Shown piece after piece: positions 23,273 through 34,808 of a DNA stretch of 64,000 bases. The notes beneath the pieces are model-generated. The model was not told the DNA's origin and did not search any database. It saw only the letters and a list, made by a program, of their open reading frames with translations. How positions within the stretch are numbered: the first letter of the stretch is position 1; the number at the start of each line of letters is the position of its first letter. Both the position numbers and the translations under genes were made by a program. The stretch is taken from assembly GCA_964252035.1 (NCBI GenBank), contig OZ176201.1, one strand, 5' to 3'. The stretch comes from Podarcis erhardii. Lineage: Eukaryota.

Positions 23273-23490
23273 CAGTGGTACCTCAGGTGACATATGCTTG
23301 AGGTTACAGACGCTTCAGGTTACAGACTCCGCTAACCCAGAAATAGTGCTTCACGTTAAGAACTTTGTTTCAGGATGAGAACAGAAATTGTGCTCCGGCA
23401 GCGCGGCGGCAGCGGGAGGCCCCATTAGCTAAAGTGGTGCTTCAGGTTAAGAACGGTTTCAGGTTAATAATGGATCTCCGGAACGAATTC
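23273..23490. mobile_element. Tigger-like MITE, right TIR missing
   Basis: TA|CAGTGGTACCTC start; body as 51428-51661; ends at GGAACGAATT. Confidence 0.85.
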
Positions 23491-23615
23491 CTTCAAAGCA
23501 CACTTAGTGCACATTTAAATCTCATTCCTCATCCTGAGAACTGTAGTTTGCTAAGGGTACTGGGTATTGTAGCTCTGTGAGAGGAAACTAGGAAGTCCCT
23601 GGATTCTTTGGGGGA
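23490..23615. mobile_element. PIF/Harbinger-like MITE fragment
   Basis: TTCAAAGCACA...GAGAACTGTAGTTTGCTAAGGGT...GTAGCTCTGTGAGAGGAAACTA...GGATTCTTTGGGGGAAG matches the 8757 family. Confidence 0.65.
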
Positions 23616-23618
23616 AGT

Positions 23619-23838
23619 CAGAGCCTAGGGCTTGCCGATCAGAAGGTTGGTAGTTCGAATCCCCGCAACAGAGTGAGCTCCCATTGCTCGGTTCCTGCTT
23701 CTGCCAACCTAGCAGTTCGAAAGCACGAAGTGCAAGTAGATAAATAGGTACCACTCCAGCGAGAAGGTAAACGGCGTTTCCGTGTGCTGCTCTGGTTCAC
23801 CAGAAGCAGCTTAGCCATGCTGGCCACATGACCTGGAA
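23619..23838 (+). mobile_element. Sauria SINE fragment, both ends missing
   Basis: CAGAGCCTAGGGCTTGCCGATCAGAAGG to GGCCACATGACCTGGAAG aligns to the middle of the 3293 copy. Confidence 0.88.
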
Positions 23839-24236
23839 GAAGTAACCACCCTGGTTACTGGTAATGGCAAGAAATACAATAAATAAAAATAACAGTGATA
23901 ATAACAAACCCCCACGTCTGGGGTTTAAGGGGAGGGTTTGCACTCAGAAGATATTTGCTTTCTGGTAAGCTTGAGTCCTAACAATGCACTAAATAATCAC
24001 CAGCTGAACTCTAAATAAATATTAAGAAATGACTTGTAGTAGGTGCAATGATGGTGCGGCCAAGGTCTGAATCTGCCTCTGTGCAGCCATCCTATTAATG
24101 TGCTCACAATCAACATAACACTTTGTATTACACACATTCAAACCTAAAAACCTATGTGTGGAATTGCAAATGAAAACCCTGGCAGCTTCCTAAATCCCTG
24201 TCAGTGGAGTTAGGTGAGCAAAAATAGCCTCCCATA

Positions 24237-24467
24237 GAGTGGTACCTCGGTTTACAAAATTAATCCGTTCTGGAAGTCCGTTCTTAAACCGAAACCGTTC
24301 TTAAACTGAAGCGTGCTTTCCCTAATGAGGCCTCCCGCCACCAGTGCCCTTCCACCGTTCGGATTCCGTTCTTAGACCGAGGTAAAGTTCGCAAACCGGG
24401 ACACTTTGCAGAGTTTGTAACCCGAATAGTTCGTAAACGGGGCTGTTTTTAAACCGAGGTACCACTG
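24237..24467. mobile_element. Tigger-like MITE, second subfamily
   Basis: TIR (C>G)AGTGGTACCTCGGTTTA / TAAACCGAGGTACCACTG, TA TSD; internal sequence differs from the first subfamily. Confidence 0.8.
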
Positions 24468-25280
24468 TATTCAACTTCCCACTAGCTTCTTTCATATTTA
24501 CTCCCACTTATGTCGAAATGGAGAGATTTGCAGACATGATGCAGAATTGTGCTTCTTACCACATTGATGTTGTCACACAAACTTGCTCTGAAAATACAAA
24601 GGACTGGATTAGCCATCAAACTAAATGATGTTGTTATGTAGGAGGTGTGTATGCATGTGTGTGTGAGAGAGAAAGAGGCATTGTTTATGTCGCTTGATTG
24701 TAGAAAATTATATGTCGCTTGACCCCTCAAAGTGGTTTTCCAAAAAAAGGCTAAAACAACAAAATTATCGCTAACATTTTTTACAATAATGTAATACATA
24801 AAATACAATAATGTAAAACATAAAAAAATTACAACAATAGACTGAAACTAAAGAAAATTCACATCAGCTTTCTAAACATCTGGTTAGGCTTGTCTAAACC
24901 ATAATGTTTTTAGCAGGCACCAAAAAGAATACAGCAGAGCAGGATCTGAATCCAGACCATCCATTGGTGTTGTATGAACCACCAACGCTACTGGGATGTA
25001 AAAGAAAGTGCTTGTATGTGACAGGACATGTTCAGGTTCCATACCTAACTGAAATCCCATTTTTGGGCCTTCATGAATGCCACTGCCTGCCAGTGTCCCA
25101 GTGTCCCAGTGTAGCACTGTTAGCATTCTTCCATACAGAAGGAACACTTTGTATGAAGGACAGAAACTCAACAAATGCTGCTTTCTCCCACTACATCTAA
25201 TCCAATTTCTTGCATATGGCAAGAATGTTCTTCAACCAGGCATTGACTTGTCCATGATCCTAACTACAACAGTCCATTTC

Positions 25281-25487
25281 CTGCTAGTGGCGCCTGTCCT
25301 GTGGAACGCCCTCACATCAGATGTCAAGGCGATAAATAACTATATAACTTTTAGAAGACTTCGGAAGGCAGCCCTGTATAGGGAAGCTTTTAATATTTGA
25401 TGTTTTATTATGTTTTTATGTGTGTTGGAAGCTGTCCAGAGTGGCTGGGGCAACTCAGTCAGATGGGTGGGGTACAAATAATAAAAA

Positions 25488-25524
<37 letters not shown>
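25281..25524 (+). mobile_element. L2 LINE 3' end (ORF2 C-terminus, UTR, (GTT)n tail)
   Basis: Peptide LVAPVLWNALTSDVKAINNYITFRRLRKAALYREAFNI resembles the L2 ORF2 end; followed by GGAAGCTGTCCAGAGTGGCTGGGGCAAC. Confidence 0.75.
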
Positions 25525-26359
25525 AGCATATGAGGTGCACTGCAGAAAGCTGTTTAACTGGGCAGATAGCTTAAGAAAGACAGGGATTTTCAAGCTGGAT
25601 ACCTGCGGTTCCTTGAAAGCTCATAAAAGGATCTTCAAGAGTAGAGTAATGGCAGTTCAGGTTCCACAAAAAAATGAAAACATTGCGATTCCTGTTTGAG
25701 GTTTGAGGGGTCAGTCTGAATCCCTCCCAGACCTGTGACCCTGTATCTATTTAAGGGGAAACCAGCTAAACCAGTTCCTTTGTTTGGGTAATAGCTTGAG
25801 CTAGCCATTTACATATCCAAAGAAGTTGCCCTGTTGCCATCCGGACAAATGGGTGGCCTTTCCCCAGCTTACCTGGCTGGCTGGCACATCATCCTAGGAT
25901 GCAGAACAATAGGCCAAGGGGTCTGTGCATGAGTAAGTTTGGGCTGATGCTGGAAGCTGGAGACACAGGCTTGTCTTGCTCTGTACTGGATCCAAAGTTT
26001 GGGGCTCCCCAGGAAACCTAGTGTTAATGCTGTGTTCCCCTCCATCTTTAACTCAGGTTGTATATATGTGTACAGAAAACTATATAACCTAAAGACACCA
26101 CAGTCTCTTCATTTCAAGGAAACCAAACCCTGGGTAAGTACTGGGTAAGTACTCAAGTCTCTCACTGCTTGTGTACTGGGGTGCATGATGCAGCATGACT
26201 ATTGCTGCTATTAATTAATATTATAGCACAGCAGCAACAATTATACCCACCACACCATGTTTGTAGGAAGAGAGTTAGGCCCATCAGGCATGGCCCACAA
26301 CCTGCTTGCACGGGCCTAGATTAGAATATACCAGTTCCTTTTGATGTGGAAAGGATTCC

Positions 26360-26474
26360 CTCAGAAGAGCATGAGACTCTTAATCTCAGGATAGTGGGTT
26401 CGAGCTCCATGTTGTATTTCAGGGGGTTGGACTAGATAACTCTCGTGGTCCCTTCCAACTCTGTGATTCTATGA
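26360..26474 (+). mobile_element. tRNA-head/CR1-tail SINE (Squam2-like), internally deleted
   Basis: GCATGAGACTCTTAATCTCAGG...GGGTTCGAGC head and GGGGGTTGGACTAGAT...CCCTTCCAACTCTGTGATTCTATGA tail. Confidence 0.7.
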
Positions 26475-28315
26475 CCTCTATGCTTAAGTCAGAAAGTTTT
26501 AAAACCACTTCCACAGATATTTAAAACCACTTCTGTCAATATTCCACGTTACATGCAGTTTGGGTTTGCAAATCTTTGGATGTGGCCACAGCTCAAATAT
26601 TTAGAATGTATATATGCTTCCAGGAGTGAAAATGCATTGTGTGAAGGTACTATGGAGTATTTGAGGGCTCTGCATCCTTTATCAGCTGAGGAGTGGAAAA
26701 GAGAGACATTTGAGTACACTGACAAATTCTCCTTATTTCCCAATGCCTCCTCTTGCTCCTCCATAGCTCTGCAAATGCCCCCTTTAACCACATCCACTTC
26801 CATTTGCCCTCCTTCCAATTTCTCCTCCTGACCAGCTTTCCCCCTGTAACCAGAACCCTTAAATTACCCCCCCCCCTCTCTCTCACACACACTCCCTCCC
26901 TATTTCCCATATTTTCCCTCATCTATGGAAATGCCACCTTCATCCCCACCAAATGCCCCTGCCCGTTTTCTAGTTCCTCCTTCTCTTCCCCTTGTCACCA
27001 GAGGACTAAAACTGTCACACTGATTTATAGGGCTTGAAATGCTCCCAATGGTCAAATTTCAGGAAGGACACATGACCTCCCACCTTCCCTGGCCGTTTAA
27101 GCTTTGGGATCCTGGTGTTGCCCCCATGTCTTCAGACTTTTATGCTTCCCCAGCAAAACCAGCAGTGGCAGGAGAACTGCTCAAAACTCCACCATAATCA
27201 GGCCACATCGGCCTGGGCAGGCCGGGTCTTCCTGTTATATACCTGCTGGGATTGACAAGGTGTCTGACCCTCACCTGAATCTCATTTAACTCTTTGGGGG
27301 GGAATTAGCATCAAACGTCATGTGCATGGAAGTTGCCAAAGCAATTAACCAACTAGGGTTATTGTTAATAGCACCAGTTTCCCTATAACTTGATATTGCT
27401 GGATAGCGCTGACGAATTGCAAAAGCATTTTTAGTTTGCTTTCTGTTGCCAACCTGGAACTTTTCTTTATTAGTGCCACTTTGTTTTGTACAATTCCTTG
27501 CAAATGAGGGAAAACAACTTTTCTCCTTGTATATGTTGTATATGATTTTGGTTACTGAGAACAAACAAGAGTGTAAATAAGATTGGGTGCAAGCCTGGCC
27601 AGGACATAGGTGTGACACACCTGTGACAAAGGTGACCTGTGTGCTTGCTTCCTTAACAGCTGTTGGGAACTTCAAGGTCCCTGCTCTCCCTTCTTATGGT
27701 CTTTATATTGGACCTGGAGACTCCAATAGAGAGCATTCCATGTCAAGAAGGAGGGCAAGTGGGCACCCTATCAAATGACAAGGCAGGAGCTACACGGAGC
27801 AGGGCCTTTTCACTGGTGGTGCCCATTGTATGGTTCGCTCTTTCCAGACCTGCTCTCTTTTGGCCTGGAATTTGGAGCTTTATAATCTAGGAAGACTTTG
27901 GAATAACAGGTGACAAGTCTTATCAGTCGCTGACGTATGCGCGGATTTTATTTGCTGTTATTCTGGGTTCCTGGTGCACCAGGGTTTACACCAGCGTAAT
28001 AGAGTTGGCCAGGACGAAAGGGATACAATTTTCTCCATTATCTGCACAGCAGGGGTCTTCAGTCAACAGTGCAAAGGCTGAGCTGAAGCATTTCCTGCTG
28101 GTTACCTGCTTTCAGCAATAGGGGTCACTGTTTGGTAGTCCCCAATTGATTAGCTGTCAGATTCTAGAGCTCCCTGTTGGTGGCTCTTAGGTAATTCCAA
28201 AAATACAGAGTCCATTCATAAAGCAGTAACATAAATCTCCATTGCTACATATTGGGTGTGTATTTCAGCGGTTGAACGTACAGCATTATGGCCATGCTGT
28301 AGTGTAGTGCTTATG

Positions 28316-28591
28316 CAACTGTGAATAAAAGGTGGCTGGGCTCAACTGTGAATAAAAGGTGGCTGGGTTTGGGGGGGGGGAGGTGAGAAAACTGATGGTG
28401 AATTTGGGGTGACCCAGTGCAAACATCCTGAGGGTCCGTGTGGATCTGTGATTTGTAACCACATTTATGTGCCATTGCGGCCCCACGAAACAGTGGATGC
28501 GTGGTTTTTTGGGTGCAGGCTGTGGCCATGGACATGCTATGTGATCTGATGGTGAATTTGCGGTGACCCAGTGCAAAAATCCTGAGAATCC
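28316..28591. repeat. Local duplications: 25-bp tandem pair plus 46-bp dispersed pair
   Basis: CAACTGTGAATAAAAGGTGGCTGGG at 28316-28340 and 28343-28367; CTGATGGTGAATTTG.GGTGACCCAGTGCAAA.ATCCTGAG..TCC at 28392-28437 and 28546-28591 (42/46 identical). Confidence 0.85.
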
Positions 28592-29767
28592 AGGGCCTGA
28601 GAGGGTGGAACTTTACATGGAGCAATGTCATTATCTAAGAGAGACTGCCTCCCTTTGTCTCTCTCTGTGAATATTGAATAAACTACTTGGTAAGAACTCT
28701 TCTTGTTTTTCTGCTTCTTGACATCCCACTGTGGGAGCAATAGGATTCCCTGAAGTCTTGACACCTACCATCTCAAGTCTCTGGAGAAGCTTACATCATC
28801 ACAGTGGGCCCTGAGAATGGGAGGATATTATTATTGTTATTGCAATTCCCTCTCCTGCACTCTGTACTGGCCACTGCCTTAGACAGCATGGTCAGGGATG
28901 GTGAGAGCTGCAGTTCACCAACATCTGGAGGACCCTAAGTTTCCCTCTCTAGCTGTAAAAAGCCTCCAGACACATTTATGGACATTTTTAGAGCAGGACA
29001 CATTTCTTCTCCATCTCTAGCAATGTAGTCCTGGCAGGAGAACCCTCCAGCACTTGCAAATATAGTGGAGCACGCTGACCGTGTCCTTCCATGCAGCCAT
29101 GTTTCTGCTTGAAATTAGATTGTCCAAGTGAGATGACATTGCGCCATGTAGATTCAGGGAACATGAAGGCAAGAGGCAGTAATGAGATGATGGAGGCAGG
29201 TAATTAAATTTGTTCCGCTAGAAGCCGGGGGGGGGGATTTAACCCACACGCCTGCTGTGCTGCCTTGATCAAACATCCTGAAATTGGTCCTAGGAGGCTG
29301 GTTTGTGGGTTGTTGTTTTTTAAAAAAAGAGGAGTGCAGTGGTTTCCAGCATTTCATGGCTATCAGCTCTCCGCCCTTGGCTTTGGACATGGCCTCAGGA
29401 AGTAACTAACCCTTGGGTACAACGGATGATCAGACGAGTCTCCTCTTCGTTTATACTTCTAGGCTAAGATGATGTATGTCAATGAGGCACACGCAAAGGT
29501 AAAATTCAGAAGCCCTGGCTCGTAAGAGTGAATTTGTCGATTACAGTCTCGGAGGAAGGTGAGATTAAGATTATATTTTTGGAATCAGCACCCAGGGATT
29601 GAAAAAGCAAAATAATAATAATAATAATAATAATTCAATATTGCTTGGCTGTGGATGACAAGCTGCTCTGGTAAGGAGTTAAGGTCTCGTACAATGTGTG
29701 CCTGAAGGTGATTCTTAAGAGACCGACTTTGATAGTCTAGCAAGAAAGATCCTCAGTATACGTTTAT

Positions 29768-29920
29768 AGCACACCCACCACACATTTAAAGCATGTGGCT
29801 TTCCCCTCCCCCTCCCCTGTAGTTTGAAGGGTTCTCCTGGGAACTGTAGCTCTGTGAGAGGGAAAACTACTGATCCCATGCTTCTTTGAGCGGGAAACTC
29901 ATGTGCTTTAAGTGTGCATT
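29768..29920. mobile_element. PIF/Harbinger-like MITE, degenerate
   Basis: CACATTTAAAGCA...GGGAACTGTAGCTCTGTGAGAGGGAAAACTAC...CATGTGCTTTAAG; same family as 8757. Confidence 0.6.
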
Positions 29921-31454
29921 AGAAGTGCTTTAAGTGCAAGAAATGGATCTGCTGCACGATTGCAAGTAGCCGTCTGCACACGTTGCTGATACTTTATTAA
30001 ATTAGTAGGATCTATGTGCAGCTTCATCTGAAAACAATGTCCTGAGGTTTGCATTAAATAGTATAAAATATTTGTTAAAAATAGCAATGAAGCGGACTTG
30101 ATGGGGTTTTTATCTGGATGCCTGACATCCCTGCCAATATTGAGGCCACAATGGAGTCTTATAAGCTTTCAGCCTCACCGGACGACCTACTTGTACACCC
30201 AGCCTTTTGACAGAATCTGTGTCACTGTCCTTTGTTATTTGAAGGGGGTAAGTGCTCTCTCCTGTCGTCTTGTTTCAATGTTTACTGCTAGAACGTGCTT
30301 TTTTATATACTGTGTTTTATGGGTACCGTATCTTGCTTCCGAGTTATTTCCTAATGAAAAGTGGGCAAGAACTTATATATATAAATAAGTCAATACCCTC
30401 AGCTCAGTTTGCAGCTGCCCCCTTATAAGCTGCAATTTGCAGCACATCCTGGGGCCAAGTCCAGCACCTCAGAGCCCTTTGCCAAAGCACCACCCTGGCA
30501 CCTTTGCCTAGCAAATGTGGGCCACCATCCCCAGAACAGGCACCCCAGCTACCCGGTGATGAGAGTGGGCAGCTGCAGGAACAAATGGCCGAGAGAGACT
30601 GCCACAGCTGCCCAGCCCAGCATTGAGCCCTTGAAAGGAAATAAAAAACACACACCGTACGCTGGCAGGGGGTGTAATCATTATACTCATCCCTGCTAAG
30701 CTGACAGGGGTGGGGGACATGTTTTCGGGAGGCAGGCACAGGCTCTGGCACAGCTTTTTGTTTTTCCTTTTAAGGATTCAGCTCCAAAAAAGGAGTTCCA
30801 GGTCAGGCAGCTGCAGTGATGACCATCGTTGCCCCCCCACAGTGCCTTGGGGGCCCCAGAAGCTTTGGTGGCTGGGTGTGATGTGTTGGTTTTTGTATTT
30901 TGGGTAATAGGAAAAAACCCACTAGGTAAAATAAAAGAAGAACTCCCTGGATGCTTAGATGGAGGTTCAGAGAAAGTACTCTTTGGTGAGAGAGAACTCC
31001 AACAAAGATTTAAAATCACAAAAATGCAGCAAAATTAAGTGTGGAAATCTAGACTTCTGGACCTTTACAATATCCCCTTCTAAGTTTCTTCCAAAGCTCC
31101 TCACTCTTAGCATAGAAAGAGACCAAACATTTTGTAAGTTAAAAATGGTTTACTTACAAACTCTTCAAAAGTCAGATTCATGTGCTTTTCCACACGGCAG
31201 CAAGAAAAGATAGGCAGTATAACTTAAGCTCCCAAAATGGCAAATGTTTCTTAATTATTTGTCTAGGAACACAAAGATTGCTTGCTTAAGCCCCACGGTC
31301 TAAACTTGGAGCATGCAGCTTTGTCCTCCTTACTGGTACTGTTCAAATGGTGAAAGAAGAAGAACAAGAGAGTTTGGTAACCCTTCCTTCCAAGATGATG
31401 GGGAGTGACCTAGCCTGGCAGGAGTGCTTACTCTATGGTCTTAACCCCTTCATG

Positions 31455-31560
31455 CATTTTATGTTTTTATATTTTGCTGGAAGCTGCCCAGAGTGGCTGG
31501 GGAAACCCAGCCAGATGGGCGGGGTATACATAATTAAATTATGATGATGGTGGTGATGAT
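31455..31560 (+). mobile_element. L2 LINE 3' tail
   Basis: GGAAGCTGCCCAGAGTGGCTGGGGAAACCCAGCCAGATGGGCGGGGTATA plus a simple-repeat tail. Confidence 0.7.
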
Positions 31561-31927
31561 TCATTAGAGTTAAGCATGTTTGTTATATGAGGCTGGATAT
31601 CCCACCGGATGGTTCCCCGTCTGATACTTCTCCTTTCAGTTTATGTCTGAAAACAAATCAATCCTGGAAACAGCCCCAGTATCCCCTTTGAGGCCCATGG
31701 GCCTTTGCCCCACTATGCTGTGTGCTGACGTCTGTCCTGTTCTGGGGAAGGGGAGTCTTCTCAGGCACTGAACTGCCCCACCCACCTAAATTAACCATTG
31801 GGGCCTAATAGGAGAGACTGTAAGAGATTTCCTGTGTAGGCTTTGCCTGAGCAATCGTCCTCCTGCCTCTGGAGTGTTTCTGGGTCGTTGGCAACCAACT
31901 TCTCTCTCTGTTGCCTGTGGCTCACTT

Positions 31928-32331
31928 TGTTGTTGTTGTTTAGTCATTTAGTCGTGTCCGACTCTTCGTGACCCCATGGACCAGAGCACGCCAGGCACTC
32001 CTGTCTTCCACTGCCTCCCGCAGTTTAGTCAAACTCATGCTGGTAGCTTCAAGAACACTGTCCAACCATCTTGTCTTCTGTAGACCCCTTCTCCTTGTGC
32101 CCTCCATCTTTCCCAACATCAGGGTCTTTTCCAGGGAGTCTTCTCTTCTCATGAGGTGGCCAAAGAATTGGAGTCTCAGCTTCAGGATCTGTCCTTCCAG
32201 TGAGCACTCAGGGCTGATTTCCTTCAGAATGGAGAGGTTTGATCTTCTTGCAGTCCACGGGACCCTCAAGAGTCTCCTCCAGCACCATAATTCAAAAGCA
32301 TCAATTCTTCAGCAATCAGCCTTCTTTATGG
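31928..32331 (-). mobile_element. Bov-B (RTE-clade) LINE, 5'-truncated 3' end
   Basis: ORF 31940-32269 (RVPWTARRSNLSILKEISPECSLEGQILKLRLQFFGHLMRREDSLEKTLMLGKMEG...) is the Bov-B ORF C-terminus. (CAA)n tail. 11-bp TSD GTGGCTCACTT (31917-31927 and 32332-32342). Confidence 0.92.
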
Positions 32332-33133
32332 GTGGCTCACTTAGCCCTGATAATTGCAATGCTCATCCAAGCCCATTGACCTGGCTTTCAAGCATATTTT
32401 TAATAGAGAGGAAGGTGCACACCCACACCTGTGTCAACCATTTGCCACATCCACAGCTTTACTGAGGCTGTTAACACTTAGTATAGCTTTTCATCAAAGG
32501 CTGGATCTTCATTTGCACCCAGGGCAGAAAATCCAAGCATGAGAAGTATACATCTCCCCATAAAGATCCTCAAGATGGTCTACAAAGTCTGTCATCCATC
32601 AACCCTGCCAAAGAACATAGAGCATATGGCAGTCTGGGAATCTGCAGCATATGGGCAGAGTAGATGGCATATGTCCCAGGAGACTTCACAAAATCCTTCC
32701 ACGGCGAACATGATATGCTTAGGAACAAAAGCAAATGTGCATATATCTACTGTGGCACATGTCAAACTTTAGATGCCCATGGATTTAGGAGGAGGACCAG
32801 GAAAGAGCAGACTTAGGGTGAGCTTTTGGGAAGGAGGAAGCAATCCTGAGGTGCGATTCAAAGCAGAATTCAGGAACATGGAAAGATGCCCTAAAACTAA
32901 GCCAAACTCAGCCACTGGCAGCATCTCTCTAGGGTTTGAGAGTCTTTCAGCATCACTTCCTTTCATAGGAGCTGCTGGAAGGCTGGAGTCAAAGACAGTT
33001 GGGGAACTCAAGTAGCTTCAAGTACATTCCAGCGCAATGACAGAGGGACAATTCCTAACAGCTCCTTGGTGATGGAAGAATCTCTCCACCCCTCAGAGAG
33101 GCCATCTTTGAGTCAATCTACCTCAGGCACTAA

Positions 33134-33487
33134 GGGGCACGGGTGGCACTGTGGGTTAAACCACAGAGCCTAGGACTTGCCGATCAGAAGGTCGGCGGTT
33201 TGAATCCCCGTGATGGGGTGAGCTCCCGTTGCTCGGTCCCTGCTCCTGCCCACCTAGCAGTTCGAAAGCGTCAGAGTGCAAGTAGATAAATAGGTACCGC
33301 TCCGACGGGAAGGTAAACAGCGTTTCTGTGTGCTGCTCTGGTTTGCCAGAAGCAGCTTAGTCATGCTGGCCACATGACCCGGAAGCTGTAAGCCGGCTCC
33401 CTTGGCCAATAAAGCGAGATGAGCGCTGCAACCCCAGAGTTGGTCACAACTGGACTTAATGGTCAGGGGTCCCCTTTACCTTTTTTT
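33134..33487 (+). mobile_element. Sauria SINE, full length
   Basis: Same consensus as the 3293 copy. TSD TACCTCAGGCACT (33119-33131 and 33488-33500). Confidence 0.9.
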
Positions 33488-34739
33488 TACCTCAGGCACT
33501 GACTTTCATATGCGCTTTCAAATGGCCACACTAGTTTCCTCTTCTTTTATTATGTGGCATGGAGGAAACAGCAACGGACACAATGAGAGAGAGAGCACAA
33601 ACCATCCCCTTTTGTCTTGCTTTGTTATTGTAATGATATTGAAAGCAGACTGGATGTGCTAAATTAGGGATCACCAACCTTTCTGGGTCAAGGAGCAGAA
33701 GACCAGAGCACTGGCTGAGTGGCACAGGGCTCCCTCCTCCTGGTCTGATTCACCCCTGATTCCCTAATGCACTCTGGAGAAAAGATTTGCATATGAACAG
33801 CGCTTGGGTATTCTGCTTTCCATTGCAGCACAAGTCTGATTGGATCACACACACACTCCCACACTTACACGGTGACTGACAGCTGTACGAAAGATGGTAC
33901 ACCATACTGTATCTCAGATTGTGGCACTTTTGCAACATCACATATTGCAATGCTATTTTGTGAAAAGAGTGCATTAAAACTAATAATCTTTGAACACATT
34001 TCTATATTGCTTTTCATAAACAACAGCCAGAAGTGTGCAAAACCAAGAAGTACAACAAAAGTACAATTGAGAATAAAATGTAGCTGCTAAGCAAACGGAA
34101 AGTTAAGTTAAAAAGAAACTAGCTGGTATTGGTGGCCAACAAGGACCTCAGAGAACAGAGGGGTTTGCAGCACACGCCAAAATTGCAGCGGTGTAGGCAA
34201 TTGCTGCAATTCAGAGGGGAGGTGATTCTACAGAGCGGGTGCCACCACTAATAAGGCCTTTCCTCTTGTCACCTCTAAAAAAGCATTTCTAGGACACAGC
34301 ATAGCCAGGAGGGATTCATCCAATGATCTTAGTGATTGGGCAGACTGACAAAGGCCCTCCTTTGAGTAAGCTGGTCACTAGTTTAGGGTTTTGCAGTGCA
34401 AAACTAAAACCTTAAACCTGGCCAGGTTTAAGAGTGGTATAACAGCTACATGATAGGATGCCTGGCTCAGTACCTTAGCCCCTGCCTTTTGGAGCTGCTG
34501 CGGCTTTCAGACTGGTCCCTAAGGGCAGCCTCACACAGAACGCATTACTTTCGGCTTTGCTGTCAATAAATCATATGGCAACCTAAAGAGATGCTGCCAC
34601 CTGATGGGCCAAAGCAGCATTACAATTATGCAGAGAGAACATGGACATTCTTGCGCATGTTCTTGGGACACCTTCAGCCCATACATTGGCGTCCACACCA
34701 GAGAGGTGGAAGAAAGTTTAGTCCCCCCACTTGGTGTTT

Positions 34740-34808
34740 CCTGCTTGGCAGGGGGTTGGACTCGATGGCCCTTGTGGTCTCTTCCAACTCTATAATTCTA
34801 TGATTCTA
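34740..34808 (+). mobile_element. CR1-type LINE 3' end
   Basis: GGCAGGGGGTTGGACTCGATGGCC...TTCCAACTCTATAATTCTATGATTCTATGA, with the ATTCTATG terminal repeat. A more degenerate copy lies near 6255-6305. Confidence 0.65.

Noticed and set aside
26131-26540. Short tandem duplications (CTGGGTAAGTA x2; TTTAAAACCACTT x2; also about 6075-6100 and 17023-17047)
   Set aside because: Ordinary slippage or repair duplications with no further structure.
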